In this document: positions 1 through 8,715 of the stretch, in pieces
Position numbering within the stretch: the stretch's first letter is position 1
How the letters are laid out: each line of letters opens with the position of its first letter
Assembly (NCBI GenBank): GCA_964603325.1
Contig: CAZRUH010000002.1
Span: forward strand, 2,959 to 40,965
Reading direction: 5' to 3'
Source of the DNA: an uncultured Bdellovibrionales bacterium
Lineage (GTDB): Bacteria > Patescibacteriota > Minisyncoccia > Moranbacterales > UBA9337
Length of the DNA stretch: 38,007 nucleotides
Translations under genes and position numbers: made by a program
The notes under the pieces: model-generated
What the model was told of the DNA's origin: nothing
Seen by the model: the letters and a program-made list of their open reading frames with translations, nothing else
The model's database searches: none

Positions 1-1303
1 CATCATTGGAAGAAGGACAAATGTCAAAATCTTCACAGTTATATGTAGTTTCATAACTATCAACTTTGTTTCCATTTTTGTCATAAACCTCGGCTTTCAA
101 ATTTATTTTTTTGTAGTTTTTCTTGGCGACAAAATCAGTCTTATCGGCAAACATTGCCGATGGAATATTTCCTTGATAATTTATTTTAGCTATTTCCTTA
201 TTGTTTTCGTCAGTAAGAGTAACAACAACCCTTCCTGTGGTATTTTTAACGGAAGTATTGTGAAAACAAGTATACAGAGTTGCTTTTTCTCCTTTTTTAG
301 GAAAACTGGTAATCGCCGGATAATTAAGTCTCGGTTTTTCTTGAGGACTAACCAGTCTGATGTTTATAATTGATTTTTGATTTCCGGCAACAGCGGTAAT
401 TCTCAAAAAATACACACTGGTATTCATTTTCGGAAAAATATATGATATTTCTTTTTCTGATTGAGCGGGAATTGTTATTTTTTCAATGTCCGTTTTTATT
501 TTATTTTTTTCATTTAATCCGTCCCAATCATATAAATCGTAAAACAATTTTACCTCTTTAGGCTCTGAAAAAGTATTCTTAATCACTTGAGTTAATTTTG
601 CGGAAGAGTTTTTATCAATTACCGGCCAATTGCCAATTTGGTGATATGTCTTTCCATTTATTTTCGTTTTACTTCTATCAAATTTTATGTAATTATTGTT
701 ATCAGTTTTAATTTTAAAATCAGCAGAACCGATAATCACTTCGTTGGAAAAAGATAATCCACCAAGATTAAATTTTTTTCCAACCGTAAAGAAAAAATCA
801 GCTTTGTAATCTCCATTAGTAATTCCTTTTGGAATTCCCCAAAGAAACGCTATATCTTTGGTTTCTTTGGGTTTTAAGGAAATTTTTTCCAAAGGAAAAA
901 ATTCATCAACTATATCTCCCCAATTTTCCGAATTATCAATATCCTTACGAGAAATACGAACAAATACTTCCCCATTGGTTATCGGCTGATTATTTTCATT
1001 AACCAAATTACCGATAAATTTAATTATTTTTCCCGACTGATACTCCTCTTTGTCAGCATTAATATTCACCTGAACGCTCTGAAATTTATAATAATCAAAA
1101 CAATCAACTTTTGAAACCAAAGAAGGATCATCTCCTTTCAAATCATCAAATTTAGGGTTAAATACGGAAATGTCGTTATTTGTTGTTTTTTCATTGTAGA
1201 ATTCATCTTCCGCAAAGACATTTGTTGCAAAAAATAATAAAAACACCATTACAAAAGAAATGAACGGTAGATTTATTTTTTTATTTTTTCTTTTTTCTTT
1301 CAT
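1..1303 (-). CDS. secreted beta-rich protein, C-terminus cut off by the window edge
   Basis: Absent from the ORF track because it runs off the window. ATG at 1303-1301 is followed by MKEKRKNKKINLPFISFVMVFLLFFATNVFA, a signal-peptide-like start. Hand translation of both ends and a pass through the middle found no stop; the frame reads ...DSYETTYNCEDFDICPSSND at positions 61-2. No catalytic motif recognised. Confidence 0.6.
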   Translation of the reverse strand, partial: MKEKRKNKKINLPFISFVMVFLLFFATNVFAEDEFYNEKTTNNDISVFNPKFDDLKGDDPSLVSKVDCFDYYKFQSVQVNINADKEEYQSGKIIKFIGNLVNENNQPITNGEVFVRISRKDIDNSENWGDIVDEFFPLEKISLKPKETKDIAFLWGIPKGITNGDYKADFFFTVGKKFNLGGLSFSNEVIIGSADFKIKTDNNNYIKFDRSKTKINGKTYHQIGNWPVIDKNSSAKLTQVIKNTFSEPKEVKLFYDLYDWDGLNEKNKIKTDIEKITIPAQSEKEISYIFPKMNTSVYFLRITAVAGNQKSIINIRLVSPQEKPRLNYPAITSFPKKGEKATLYTCFHNTSVKNTTGRVVVTLTDENNKEIAKINYQGNIPSAMFADKTDFVAKKNYKKINLKAEVYDKNGNKVDSYETTYNCEDFDICPSSND

Positions 1304-1355
1304 TTTGTTTTTGTTAATTTTTATTTATAAAATAACTGAAACTATTCTCACTTTT

Positions 1356-1384
1356 ATTATACAAACATTTTCAAATATTCGCAA
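1356..1384 (-). promoter_or_regulatory. sigma70-type promoter (TTGCGA-17nt-TATAAT) for the 1-1303 gene
   Basis: Read on the minus strand: TTGCGA (1384-1379), 17-nt spacer, TATAAT (1361-1356). It lies about 50 nt upstream of the ATG at 1303. Confidence 0.5.
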
Positions 1385-1421
1385 GTTTTTAATGGCAAAT
1401 TGTTAATAATCACTTTTTTTA

Positions 1422-2408
1422 TTACCGCAAAACACAGCGACTGTCTCTCGTTTTTCCAAAAGATCCTATCCCAAGACTCTCAAACAATGTTCCATCCGGA
1501 GTAAGATTTTTTAAACCATCCCTGAGACTCTGCGATGCTTGACAAATATTGTTATTTATTCTTGCTTGAGCTTCTCTGCGCACACTGCCTATACCAACTT
1601 TAATTGCCTTACTGACAACTTGTCCAACAACAACTCCGGCCATTTCACCTACACTGTGCGCATTTGACAACATATCTATATTTATTTTATTCGCCGCCGT
1701 AGTAATATCCCTAATGAATGAACCCGGAGTAACAACTGCACCGGTTTCATCTATTTTCGCTTTAAAACCCCCATAAGCTTCCGCTTGCGCCAGCGCTTTT
1801 TGCTCTTCTTTTTTCTTAATATCATTTTCAACCTCTCCGGCAAAAATGTTGTAAGCGATTGGGTTGTTTTTTGGCTCCATTGCCTTCACATACCCTTCCC
1901 ACGATTCATTGCTAAACATATCCTGATAACCGCAAGCAAATTCTTCAAAGTCCGTTTGCCATTCCGATAAATCAAGAGTTGCGTTATAGTTATCTCTAGC
2001 TTTTGCGGTTCGCCATTCACTAAAATTAAAACCGCAAGCGGGAATATAATTGCCGGTAGTTTTTCCGCGAGTTGTTAATGTAAAAAAATCATTCATCGCT
2101 ACCTTTGTTTTATTAGCCGGTTCTCCAAATAGATAATTACTCCAGTCGGTAATAAATAATGACCCCGCTTGATTTGCTCCGGATACCAAATTATTTACGG
2201 TATCAACCAGCATTTGTGAAGCTTCCACCTTAAAAGCGGCAACCAAAGCATCTTGCGTTTGTTTGGCGATTTGTTCTTGCGCGGTCTTCATTGCCGTAGC
2301 GGCATAGTTTGAACCCCACATATCAGCCATAGTAATTTCGGGAAACAAAAAAGAAACTAGAAACAAGACACTGATTGTAATAAAAATTTTTTTATTCATA
2401 AAATGCAT
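1422..2408 (-). CDS. hypothetical secreted protein (signal peptide, no recognised domain)
   Basis: 328-aa ORF with N-terminal KKIFITISVLFLVSFLF hydrophobic segment. Its start overlaps the stop of the upstream ORF (TAATG at 2410-2406). Confidence 0.7.
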   Translation of the reverse strand: MHFMNKKIFITISVLFLVSFLFPEITMADMWGSNYAATAMKTAQEQIAKQTQDALVAAFKVEASQMLVDTVNNLVSGANQAGSLFITDWSNYLFGEPANKTKVAMNDFFTLTTRGKTTGNYIPACGFNFSEWRTAKARDNYNATLDLSEWQTDFEEFACGYQDMFSNESWEGYVKAMEPKNNPIAYNIFAGEVENDIKKKEEQKALAQAEAYGGFKAKIDETGAVVTPGSFIRDITTAANKINIDMLSNAHSVGEMAGVVVGQVVSKAIKVGIGSVRREAQARINNNICQASQSLRDGLKNLTPDGTLFESLGIGSFGKTRDSRCVLR

Positions 2409-3463
2409 TAAATATTGATTTCACCAAGAGAAAGCCCCATTTCAGAAAATTTATCATTGATTTCATCTATAAAATCACTTGTCAAAACCAATAAACTCTG
2501 TACATTGCTTAACGCTATAATTGATTTTATCGGATCGTTGTGATTTAATTTGGTATTTTTGCCCAGCTCAATAGCATAAGAAAGTATTTTCATACCTTTA
2601 ATATGCATATCTAACATATCTTCGGGAACCTCTATATCTTTTAGTTGTTTAAACGCTATTATCGCTTTATTCACCATATTGTTAAAATAATCGGTAGCGC
2701 CGGAAACTCCCTCGGGAGTTGACATTTCCGTTATCTTTTTCATTATGTCTTTTGTAAAACCGTCAATATCTTCCGGTTTAGATATTTTATAGGGAATATT
2801 GTTCATAACCAAATAAGAAACAGCTATCAGATATTCCTCATTGTCCTCTCTTTTTCGTTTTTCTCTTTCTTCTTTGCTCAGTTTTGAATATTTTTGTTTT
2901 TTAATTTTAATTTCCGATTTATCAATTTCCGGCAAATCATCAAATGTTATTTCACTCTCAGTCATAGCTTGATCAACAATAGCATTCAAATCATCAACTG
3001 TGATTTTTTTTGTATCGGAACTATTACTGGAAATTATTACAGCTAACTTCTCTGAAAGTTCTTTTGTGAGATTTTTGTCATCACCATTTTCTCTTCTATC
3101 AGTGTTTTTAAAGTCAATATCTTTTACATTGTTTTTGGGTGCTACGTCTATGTTTTTTTTATTCTCATCATCTTTTTTGTCGGAAATTATTTTATCATTG
3201 GGCGCCGGCTTCAAAGGATCGTAACCGCTCTTAATTTCAATACCATCAGAATAACCATCGCCATCCGTATCCGATTTTTTCGGATCCGTCCCGTAAACAA
3301 TTTCCTCCTGATCGCTCAAACCATCTTGATCTGTGTCAAGGAATATATTTTTATCACTACCGGAATTGTTTTTTGCAAAAATTGAAACGGAAAAACCAAA
3401 GAACAACACTACGAAAAAAATCAAAAGAGTTTTTTTTATTTTTTTTGTTTCCAGATAATACAT
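2408..3463 (-). CDS. secreted protein with thrombospondin-type-3-like Ca-binding Asp repeats
   Basis: 351-aa ORF with an N-terminal TM/signal segment. It carries DTDQDGLSDQEE...DPKKSDTDGDGYSDGIE repeats (DxDxDGxxD pattern), then a charged region and a helical C-terminal domain. Confidence 0.75.
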   Translation of the reverse strand: MYYLETKKIKKTLLIFFVVLFFGFSVSIFAKNNSGSDKNIFLDTDQDGLSDQEEIVYGTDPKKSDTDGDGYSDGIEIKSGYDPLKPAPNDKIISDKKDDENKKNIDVAPKNNVKDIDFKNTDRRENGDDKNLTKELSEKLAVIISSNSSDTKKITVDDLNAIVDQAMTESEITFDDLPEIDKSEIKIKKQKYSKLSKEEREKRKREDNEEYLIAVSYLVMNNIPYKISKPEDIDGFTKDIMKKITEMSTPEGVSGATDYFNNMVNKAIIAFKQLKDIEVPEDMLDMHIKGMKILSYAIELGKNTKLNHNDPIKSIIALSNVQSLLVLTSDFIDEINDKFSEMGLSLGEINI

Positions 3464-3499
3464 ACCGATTTACAATTTAAAAAATTCTTATTTTATCGG

Positions 3500-3529
3500 A
3501 TTATAACACAAAATCACTTGCCATGCCAA
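3500..3529 (-). promoter_or_regulatory. sigma70-type promoter with extended -10 (TTGGCA-18nt-TGtTATAAT)
   Basis: Minus strand: TTGGCA (3529-3524), 18-nt spacer ending in TGT, TATAAT (3505-3500). It is about 37 nt upstream of the ATG at 3463. It overlaps a weaker divergent plus-strand promoter, TTGCCA (3518-3523)-18nt-TATGCT (3542-3547). Confidence 0.45.
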
Positions 3530-3565
3530 CAAATTTGATGATATGCTAAAATAAACAGTCTTAAT

Positions 3566-5230
3566 TTGTTTTTGCATATGCCTAAAATGCTTATATTTAT
3601 TGGAAAAAACATTAAAAATATTGTTAAAAATATAGAAAAATCGCCAACAAATTTTTATCTGTGGTCTCTTTCTTTTTTTTCCATAATCATTATCAGACTG
3701 CTGACCGAAGTTTTTCTTTTTAAACTGACCATCAAAAAAGATTCTTATTTCTTTCTTTATGAATTTACTCACACCTTTCTTTTTTTTCTTATTTCTTATC
3801 TATTGTTTCTTTTTTTATTAACGTCTATCTTAAAAACCAATATTAAAAAATCTTCAAATCTATTGCTTTTTGGCTTTGTGTCCATAATCATTCCACCAAT
3901 TGTTGATTTTATTTTTTCCGGAGGAAAAGGTTTTTGGAGTTTCTACAAGTTTGATAGTATTTTTGGTTTAATCAAAAGATTTTTTACTTTTTTTGGTGAT
4001 AACCCTCAAATGGGAATAACTTACGGAGTCAGATTTGAAATTTTGTTAATGTTGTTTTTGTTATTTTTGTTGTCGTACATAAAAACAAAAAGGAGATTCT
4101 TTTCATTTTTTATTGTTTTTATATCTTATCTCGTTTTTTTTATTTTAGGTACATTTCCTTCTTATATAACTTTTTTATTGAAAGGTTTTCAAAAAAATAT
4201 TTTTCAAATTAGCGATCTCGCTATTGCTCAACTTTTTTTAACTCCAATCACATTGTTTGCGCAAAAAACGCATTCCATAGAAAGCGCTCTCAATATTAAA
4301 ATGAGTTTAATTTATACAATATTTCTTAGTGGAATTATTTTAATCGGATTTTTTTTGAATTACAGAAAGAAATTTTTAATATTTTTATCCAATATTCGTC
4401 CGGCTCAAATAGTTTATCATTTGGGACTATTTGCTATCGGTGTTAAATTAGGAGAAACATTTACCAAGACAACCATTTCTTGGAATTTTTTTAACATTAT
4501 TGCGCTATTAAATATATCATTGGCAATAACCTTATCTTGGATAACCTCAGTTATTATTAATGATATTTTTGATGAAAAAATTGATCGCATTAGCAATACG
4601 GAAAGACCTTTGGTTTCCGGAGGTTTTACAAAAAACGATTATTTGGCTATCGGAATGTCAACTTTCTTTTTTTCAATATTGTTTTCAATAATTGTTTCTC
4701 CAAAAATATCATTATTACTTATTGCTTACCAAGCATTGGCATCAATTTATTCCATTCCACCGCTAAGATTTAAAAAAATCGTCTTTTTGTCTGCAATTAT
4801 CAGTTCTTTCGCTTCCGTCTTGATTTTTATTTCCGGATTTATCTTAATTTCACCAAATCAAGACATTGTTCAGCTTCCTTATCAAATAATATGGCTATTA
4901 TTTATTTCATTATCATTGTCTTTACCGATAAAAGATCTGAAAGACATCTCCGGAGACAAAAAATATTACGTAAAAACTATTCCGGTAGTCTTTGGAGAAT
5001 ATTGGGGAAAAATTATTATTGGCTTTGGCGTTTTTATTTCTTATATTTTAAGTGTTATTCTTTTAAATGAATACCGACTTTTTTGGTGGGCTGTCATTTT
5101 TGGATCTTTTTCGTTTTGGACAATAAACTGTCCCGGAAAAATAAAGTTGATTACCAATAAAAATTTAATTTGGTGGTTATTAATAATCTTGTTTTTTTAT
5201 TTAATCGTTATTTATTTTAAATTTATTTAA
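3566..5230 (+). CDS. UbiA-family prenyltransferase fused to a long N-terminal polytopic membrane extension
   Basis: 554-aa ORF. The track start is TTG; the first ATG is at 3578. The first Asp-rich motif NDIFDEKIDR sits near residue 332 and the second motif KDLKDISGDKK near the C-terminus, with multiple TM helices throughout. Confidence 0.75.
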   Translation: MFLHMPKMLIFIGKNIKNIVKNIEKSPTNFYLWSLSFFSIIIIRLLTEVFLFKLTIKKDSYFFLYEFTHTFLFFLISYLLFLFLLTSILKTNIKKSSNLLLFGFVSIIIPPIVDFIFSGGKGFWSFYKFDSIFGLIKRFFTFFGDNPQMGITYGVRFEILLMLFLLFLLSYIKTKRRFFSFFIVFISYLVFFILGTFPSYITFLLKGFQKNIFQISDLAIAQLFLTPITLFAQKTHSIESALNIKMSLIYTIFLSGIILIGFFLNYRKKFLIFLSNIRPAQIVYHLGLFAIGVKLGETFTKTTISWNFFNIIALLNISLAITLSWITSVIINDIFDEKIDRISNTERPLVSGGFTKNDYLAIGMSTFFFSILFSIIVSPKISLLLIAYQALASIYSIPPLRFKKIVFLSAIISSFASVLIFISGFILISPNQDIVQLPYQIIWLLFISLSLSLPIKDLKDISGDKKYYVKTIPVVFGEYWGKIIIGFGVFISYILSVILLNEYRLFWWAVIFGSFSFWTINCPGKIKLITNKNLIWWLLIILFFYLIVIYFKFI

Positions 5231-5234
5231 AATA

Positions 5235-7748
5235 TTAGAAACTAACGCTGATTTTTTCGGTTTTTTTATCCTTATTTCCATTTTTATCTGTTATTTCAGC
5301 TTCTATTTTCAATGTAGAATTGTTTTTCTCGGTCGGTATATCATAAACAAAACTGAAGGAACTACTCTCCGCGGAAAACACCTCATTGTTATCAATGTAA
5401 ATTTTTATATTTTTAACGCCATAACTTGCATTTGCTTTTGCTGTAATTTTTATTTGTGAAGGATTGTTTTTGTGAATACTTAAATCAAGTTTTGGTTTGT
5501 ATTTTGAGAAATCTTCTTCCCGACACTCTTTTTCCGGAGTGTCATCCAAGATATATTTTTTCTTTTTATTTTTTTTATACCACATTCTCACGGCATCTTC
5601 CCACCTTCTAAATTGAGGATCTTTTTCCGGATGTTTTGGAATATCTCCACGAGGATCTTTCCTGTTAACATACCAAAGGATTGAGTGTGCATTAACAAAA
5701 GTTTTCTTTTTTCTTTCTTTTTTTGGACAATACTTATTTGCTAAACACCAGTGTTTTTTCTCTCCGGGAATTTCACAAACTTCTTCCTTTTTCTCAATTT
5801 CCAAATCTCCCTTCAAAATACCCTTTTTAACTTCTTTCATTTCTTCATCTTTATTATATTTGGGAAATTCTTCTTTATCATAGTTTTCCAAGACCTGATC
5901 CATAAAACTTCGCCAAATTGGCGACGCGACATTAGCACCGGCCGCTCCAACTTTCATCGGACGATTATCGTTATTCCCCGCCCAAACACCAACGGCAATT
6001 GATGGTGTATACCCCATTGTCCAGCCATCACGAAACTCATTGGTTGTTCCCGTTTTGGCAACAACCTGACGATCATCAAAGCGTAATGGGTTTTGTTCGC
6101 CAAAAGCGGGAGCGCGAAATTTATTATTTGATATAATGTAGTCCAACATTGCTACATATTTTTCTTTGACGACACGAGTTCCGACATTATTTTTGAATTC
6201 TTCTATCACCTTACCGTCTTTATTTTCAATTTTAAGAATTGCCACTTTATCATGTTTAATCCCTCCATTCGCCAGAGTCGCAAAAGCGTTGGTATGATCT
6301 AAGAGACGCACTTCTCCTCCTCCAAGAACCAAGGATAATCCGTAACGATCAGGATTGTTTAATCCGGTAACTCCCAAATTTTTTGCCATCTTAATGGCAT
6401 TTTTAACTCCCACAAGATAGAGCGTTTTTACCGCCGGAACATTTAGAGACATTCCCAATGCATCCTGCATTTTTATCGGACCACGAAATTTACCATCATA
6501 ATTTTGAGGAACATAATTATTATCACTCCCTTTATTGAAATCAGTTTCCACATCATACAAAATCGTTTCCGGCAAATATCCCTTGGTAAAAGCGGTTAGG
6601 TACACATATGGCTTAAAAGATGATCCCGGTTGTCTTTCACTTAAAGCTACATTTACTTGTCCATCAATAGATTTGTCAAAATAATCCTTACTTCCAACCA
6701 TTGCCAAAATTTGACCGGTTTTCGGATCAATGGCAACCAAAGCGGCGTTTTCCGCATTCCATCTCTTGGCATTTTTTTCCACACCTTCTCTAACAACTTT
6801 TTCAGCAATTTGTTGTTTATCCCAATCCAATGTGGTATAAACCTTTAGCCCGCCCTCCTTCATTTCCTGTTCGCCATATTTACTATCCAAATACTCTTTT
6901 ACATACATTACAAAGTGAGGCGCTTTAATATTTTCTCTTTTGACTATTATTTTTTTAAATACATCAACTTTTTTTGCATTCTCCGCTTCTTCTTTTGAAA
7001 TATATCCGAGTTCAGCCATATTATCTATGGCCATTTCTTGGCGAATCTTTAATTTTTTTCTATGAGAACCGTACGGGGAATAATATGTTGGGGCTTTTGG
7101 TAATGAGGCCAGAAGCGTTGCCTCATCAATGGTTAAATTCTTAGCCGATTTGTTAAAAAAAGTTTTTGCCGCCGCTTCTATTCCATAAGCGTTTGAGCCA
7201 TATGGAATTTCATTTAAATACATTTTTAAAATTTCATCTTTAGAAAATTTCTGTTCAATTTCAAACGCCAAAATAACTTCTTTGATTTTCCTTGTCAATG
7301 TCCTTTCTCTTGTCAATATTGAATTTTTTATAAGTTGTTGCGTTATCGTAGAGCCACCTTGAGCCGCACCCCTCTTAACAATATCTTTAAAAAGAGCTCT
7401 GATTATAGAAGAAATCTTTACTCCGTGATGATAATAAAAATCACGATCCTCTAAAACTATTGTTGCATTTTTTATGTTATCGTTCATTTGATCAAAGGGA
7501 ATAAGTGTTCTTTTTTCCTCTCCGTGTATTTCATATAGCAAATGTTTTCCCGTACGATCAAATATTTTTGTAGACTCTGCAATAATTCTTTTATTGACTT
7601 TGTTGGGGTCCGGTAAGTCTTTGGCAAAATAAGCAAAAATTCCCATTACGGAAACAACCCCCAAAATCAAACTGATGAAAAATAATTTTAAAACAATACT
7701 CCATCGGTTTCTTTTTCTTTCTTTTGTCTCTTTTTTTTGTTTAACCAT
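5235..7748 (-). CDS. class A penicillin-binding protein (glycosyltransferase + transpeptidase) with C-terminal extension
   Basis: GT51 motifs EDRDFYYHHG and GGSTITQQL. Transpeptidase motifs SSFKP (SxxK), SLN (SxN) and KTGTT. N-terminal TM anchor. C-terminal Lys/Cys-rich linker plus a beta-rich tail. Confidence 0.9.
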   Translation of the reverse strand: MVKQKKETKERKRNRWSIVLKLFFISLILGVVSVMGIFAYFAKDLPDPNKVNKRIIAESTKIFDRTGKHLLYEIHGEEKRTLIPFDQMNDNIKNATIVLEDRDFYYHHGVKISSIIRALFKDIVKRGAAQGGSTITQQLIKNSILTRERTLTRKIKEVILAFEIEQKFSKDEILKMYLNEIPYGSNAYGIEAAAKTFFNKSAKNLTIDEATLLASLPKAPTYYSPYGSHRKKLKIRQEMAIDNMAELGYISKEEAENAKKVDVFKKIIVKRENIKAPHFVMYVKEYLDSKYGEQEMKEGGLKVYTTLDWDKQQIAEKVVREGVEKNAKRWNAENAALVAIDPKTGQILAMVGSKDYFDKSIDGQVNVALSERQPGSSFKPYVYLTAFTKGYLPETILYDVETDFNKGSDNNYVPQNYDGKFRGPIKMQDALGMSLNVPAVKTLYLVGVKNAIKMAKNLGVTGLNNPDRYGLSLVLGGGEVRLLDHTNAFATLANGGIKHDKVAILKIENKDGKVIEEFKNNVGTRVVKEKYVAMLDYIISNNKFRAPAFGEQNPLRFDDRQVVAKTGTTNEFRDGWTMGYTPSIAVGVWAGNNDNRPMKVGAAGANVASPIWRSFMDQVLENYDKEEFPKYNKDEEMKEVKKGILKGDLEIEKKEEVCEIPGEKKHWCLANKYCPKKERKKKTFVNAHSILWYVNRKDPRGDIPKHPEKDPQFRRWEDAVRMWYKKNKKKKYILDDTPEKECREEDFSKYKPKLDLSIHKNNPSQIKITAKANASYGVKNIKIYIDNNEVFSAESSSFSFVYDIPTEKNNSTLKIEAEITDKNGNKDKKTEKISVSF

Positions 7749-7783
7749 ACCTTATAAATATTAGCATTTTTGTTATAAATATG

Positions 7784-8674
7784 CTATCTGATCAACCTCC
7801 TGATAATTTCCCTAGCCACATTTGTTCCGGTTGCTTTTTCAAATCCTTTAAATTGAGCGGAAGTATTTATTTCCAGAGCTAAATACCCTCTATCGCTTTT
7901 TATAAAATCAATGCCCGCATAAAAAAGATTTCCCTTTTTCATAATTTTTTTTGCCATTTTTTTTATTTCCTCATCTATTTCTACAATTTCCGCTTTACCG
8001 CCCAAAGAAACATTGGCGCGAAAATCTCCATTTTGCGAAGTCCTTTTAATTGCTCCCAAAATTTCTCCTCCCAAAACCAATACTCTAAAGTCGGTGCCTG
8101 CGGATTCTTTAATAAATTCTTGAAGAATAAAAGAACTTCTTCTAAAAGGAACATCCACAGTCGCTTCCATTTTTTTCTTAATAAAGTTTTTAACGTCGTT
8201 TGAGGAATTAACTATTTTTACGCCACTACCCATTGAACCAATATTGGCCTTAATTATACAAGGATAACCGCCTATATGATTAGCCAGCCTGTCAAGCTTA
8301 TATTCCTTAAAAGTATTTACAAAAATAGTTTTCGGCGTTGGGATGTTTATTGATGAAAAAAAACTGTTTCCAAAAAATTTATCCGCATAATTTATCGCCC
8401 CTGTATTTGTCCAAATAAATTTTATTTCTTTTTTAAACCTTGATGTTAAATATCTAATCAAATGATGGGCTGCCGCATTATTGGAAATTGTCCAAACAAT
8501 ATCCCCTCTCTTAAATTTTATTTCTTGGTCATTATTGATAATTTTATTGTCAGTAATTTGCACATTATATGTTTTGATAATTTCCAGCTCTACACCCAAT
8601 TTTTCACCCTCTTCTCTAAATCTATTTAAACGAATACATTCTCCAAAGGTAATTATCCATATTTTTTTTGCCAT
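7784..8674 (-). CDS. RimK-type ATP-grasp amidoligase (alpha-L-glutamate-ligase-like)
   Basis: 296 aa. The pattern IIKANIGSMGSGVKIV...QEFIKESAGTDFRVLVLGGEILGAIKRTSQNGDFRANVSLGG...AGIDFIKSDRGYLALEINTSAQFKGFE matches the canonical RimK/LysX family layout. Confidence 0.8.
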   Translation of the reverse strand: MAKKIWIITFGECIRLNRFREEGEKLGVELEIIKTYNVQITDNKIINNDQEIKFKRGDIVWTISNNAAAHHLIRYLTSRFKKEIKFIWTNTGAINYADKFFGNSFFSSINIPTPKTIFVNTFKEYKLDRLANHIGGYPCIIKANIGSMGSGVKIVNSSNDVKNFIKKKMEATVDVPFRRSSFILQEFIKESAGTDFRVLVLGGEILGAIKRTSQNGDFRANVSLGGKAEIVEIDEEIKKMAKKIMKKGNLFYAGIDFIKSDRGYLALEINTSAQFKGFEKATGTNVAREIIRRLIR

Positions 8675-8715
8675 AATTTTAATTTTGTTACATTTTTTTG
8701 TTAAAATTTTACAAC

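Noticed and set aside
3488-3772. 94-aa minus-strand ORF across the divergent promoter region and the start of the UbiA-fusion gene
   Set aside because: It overlaps two mapped promoter-like elements and the 5' end of a better ORF, and it has no motif.
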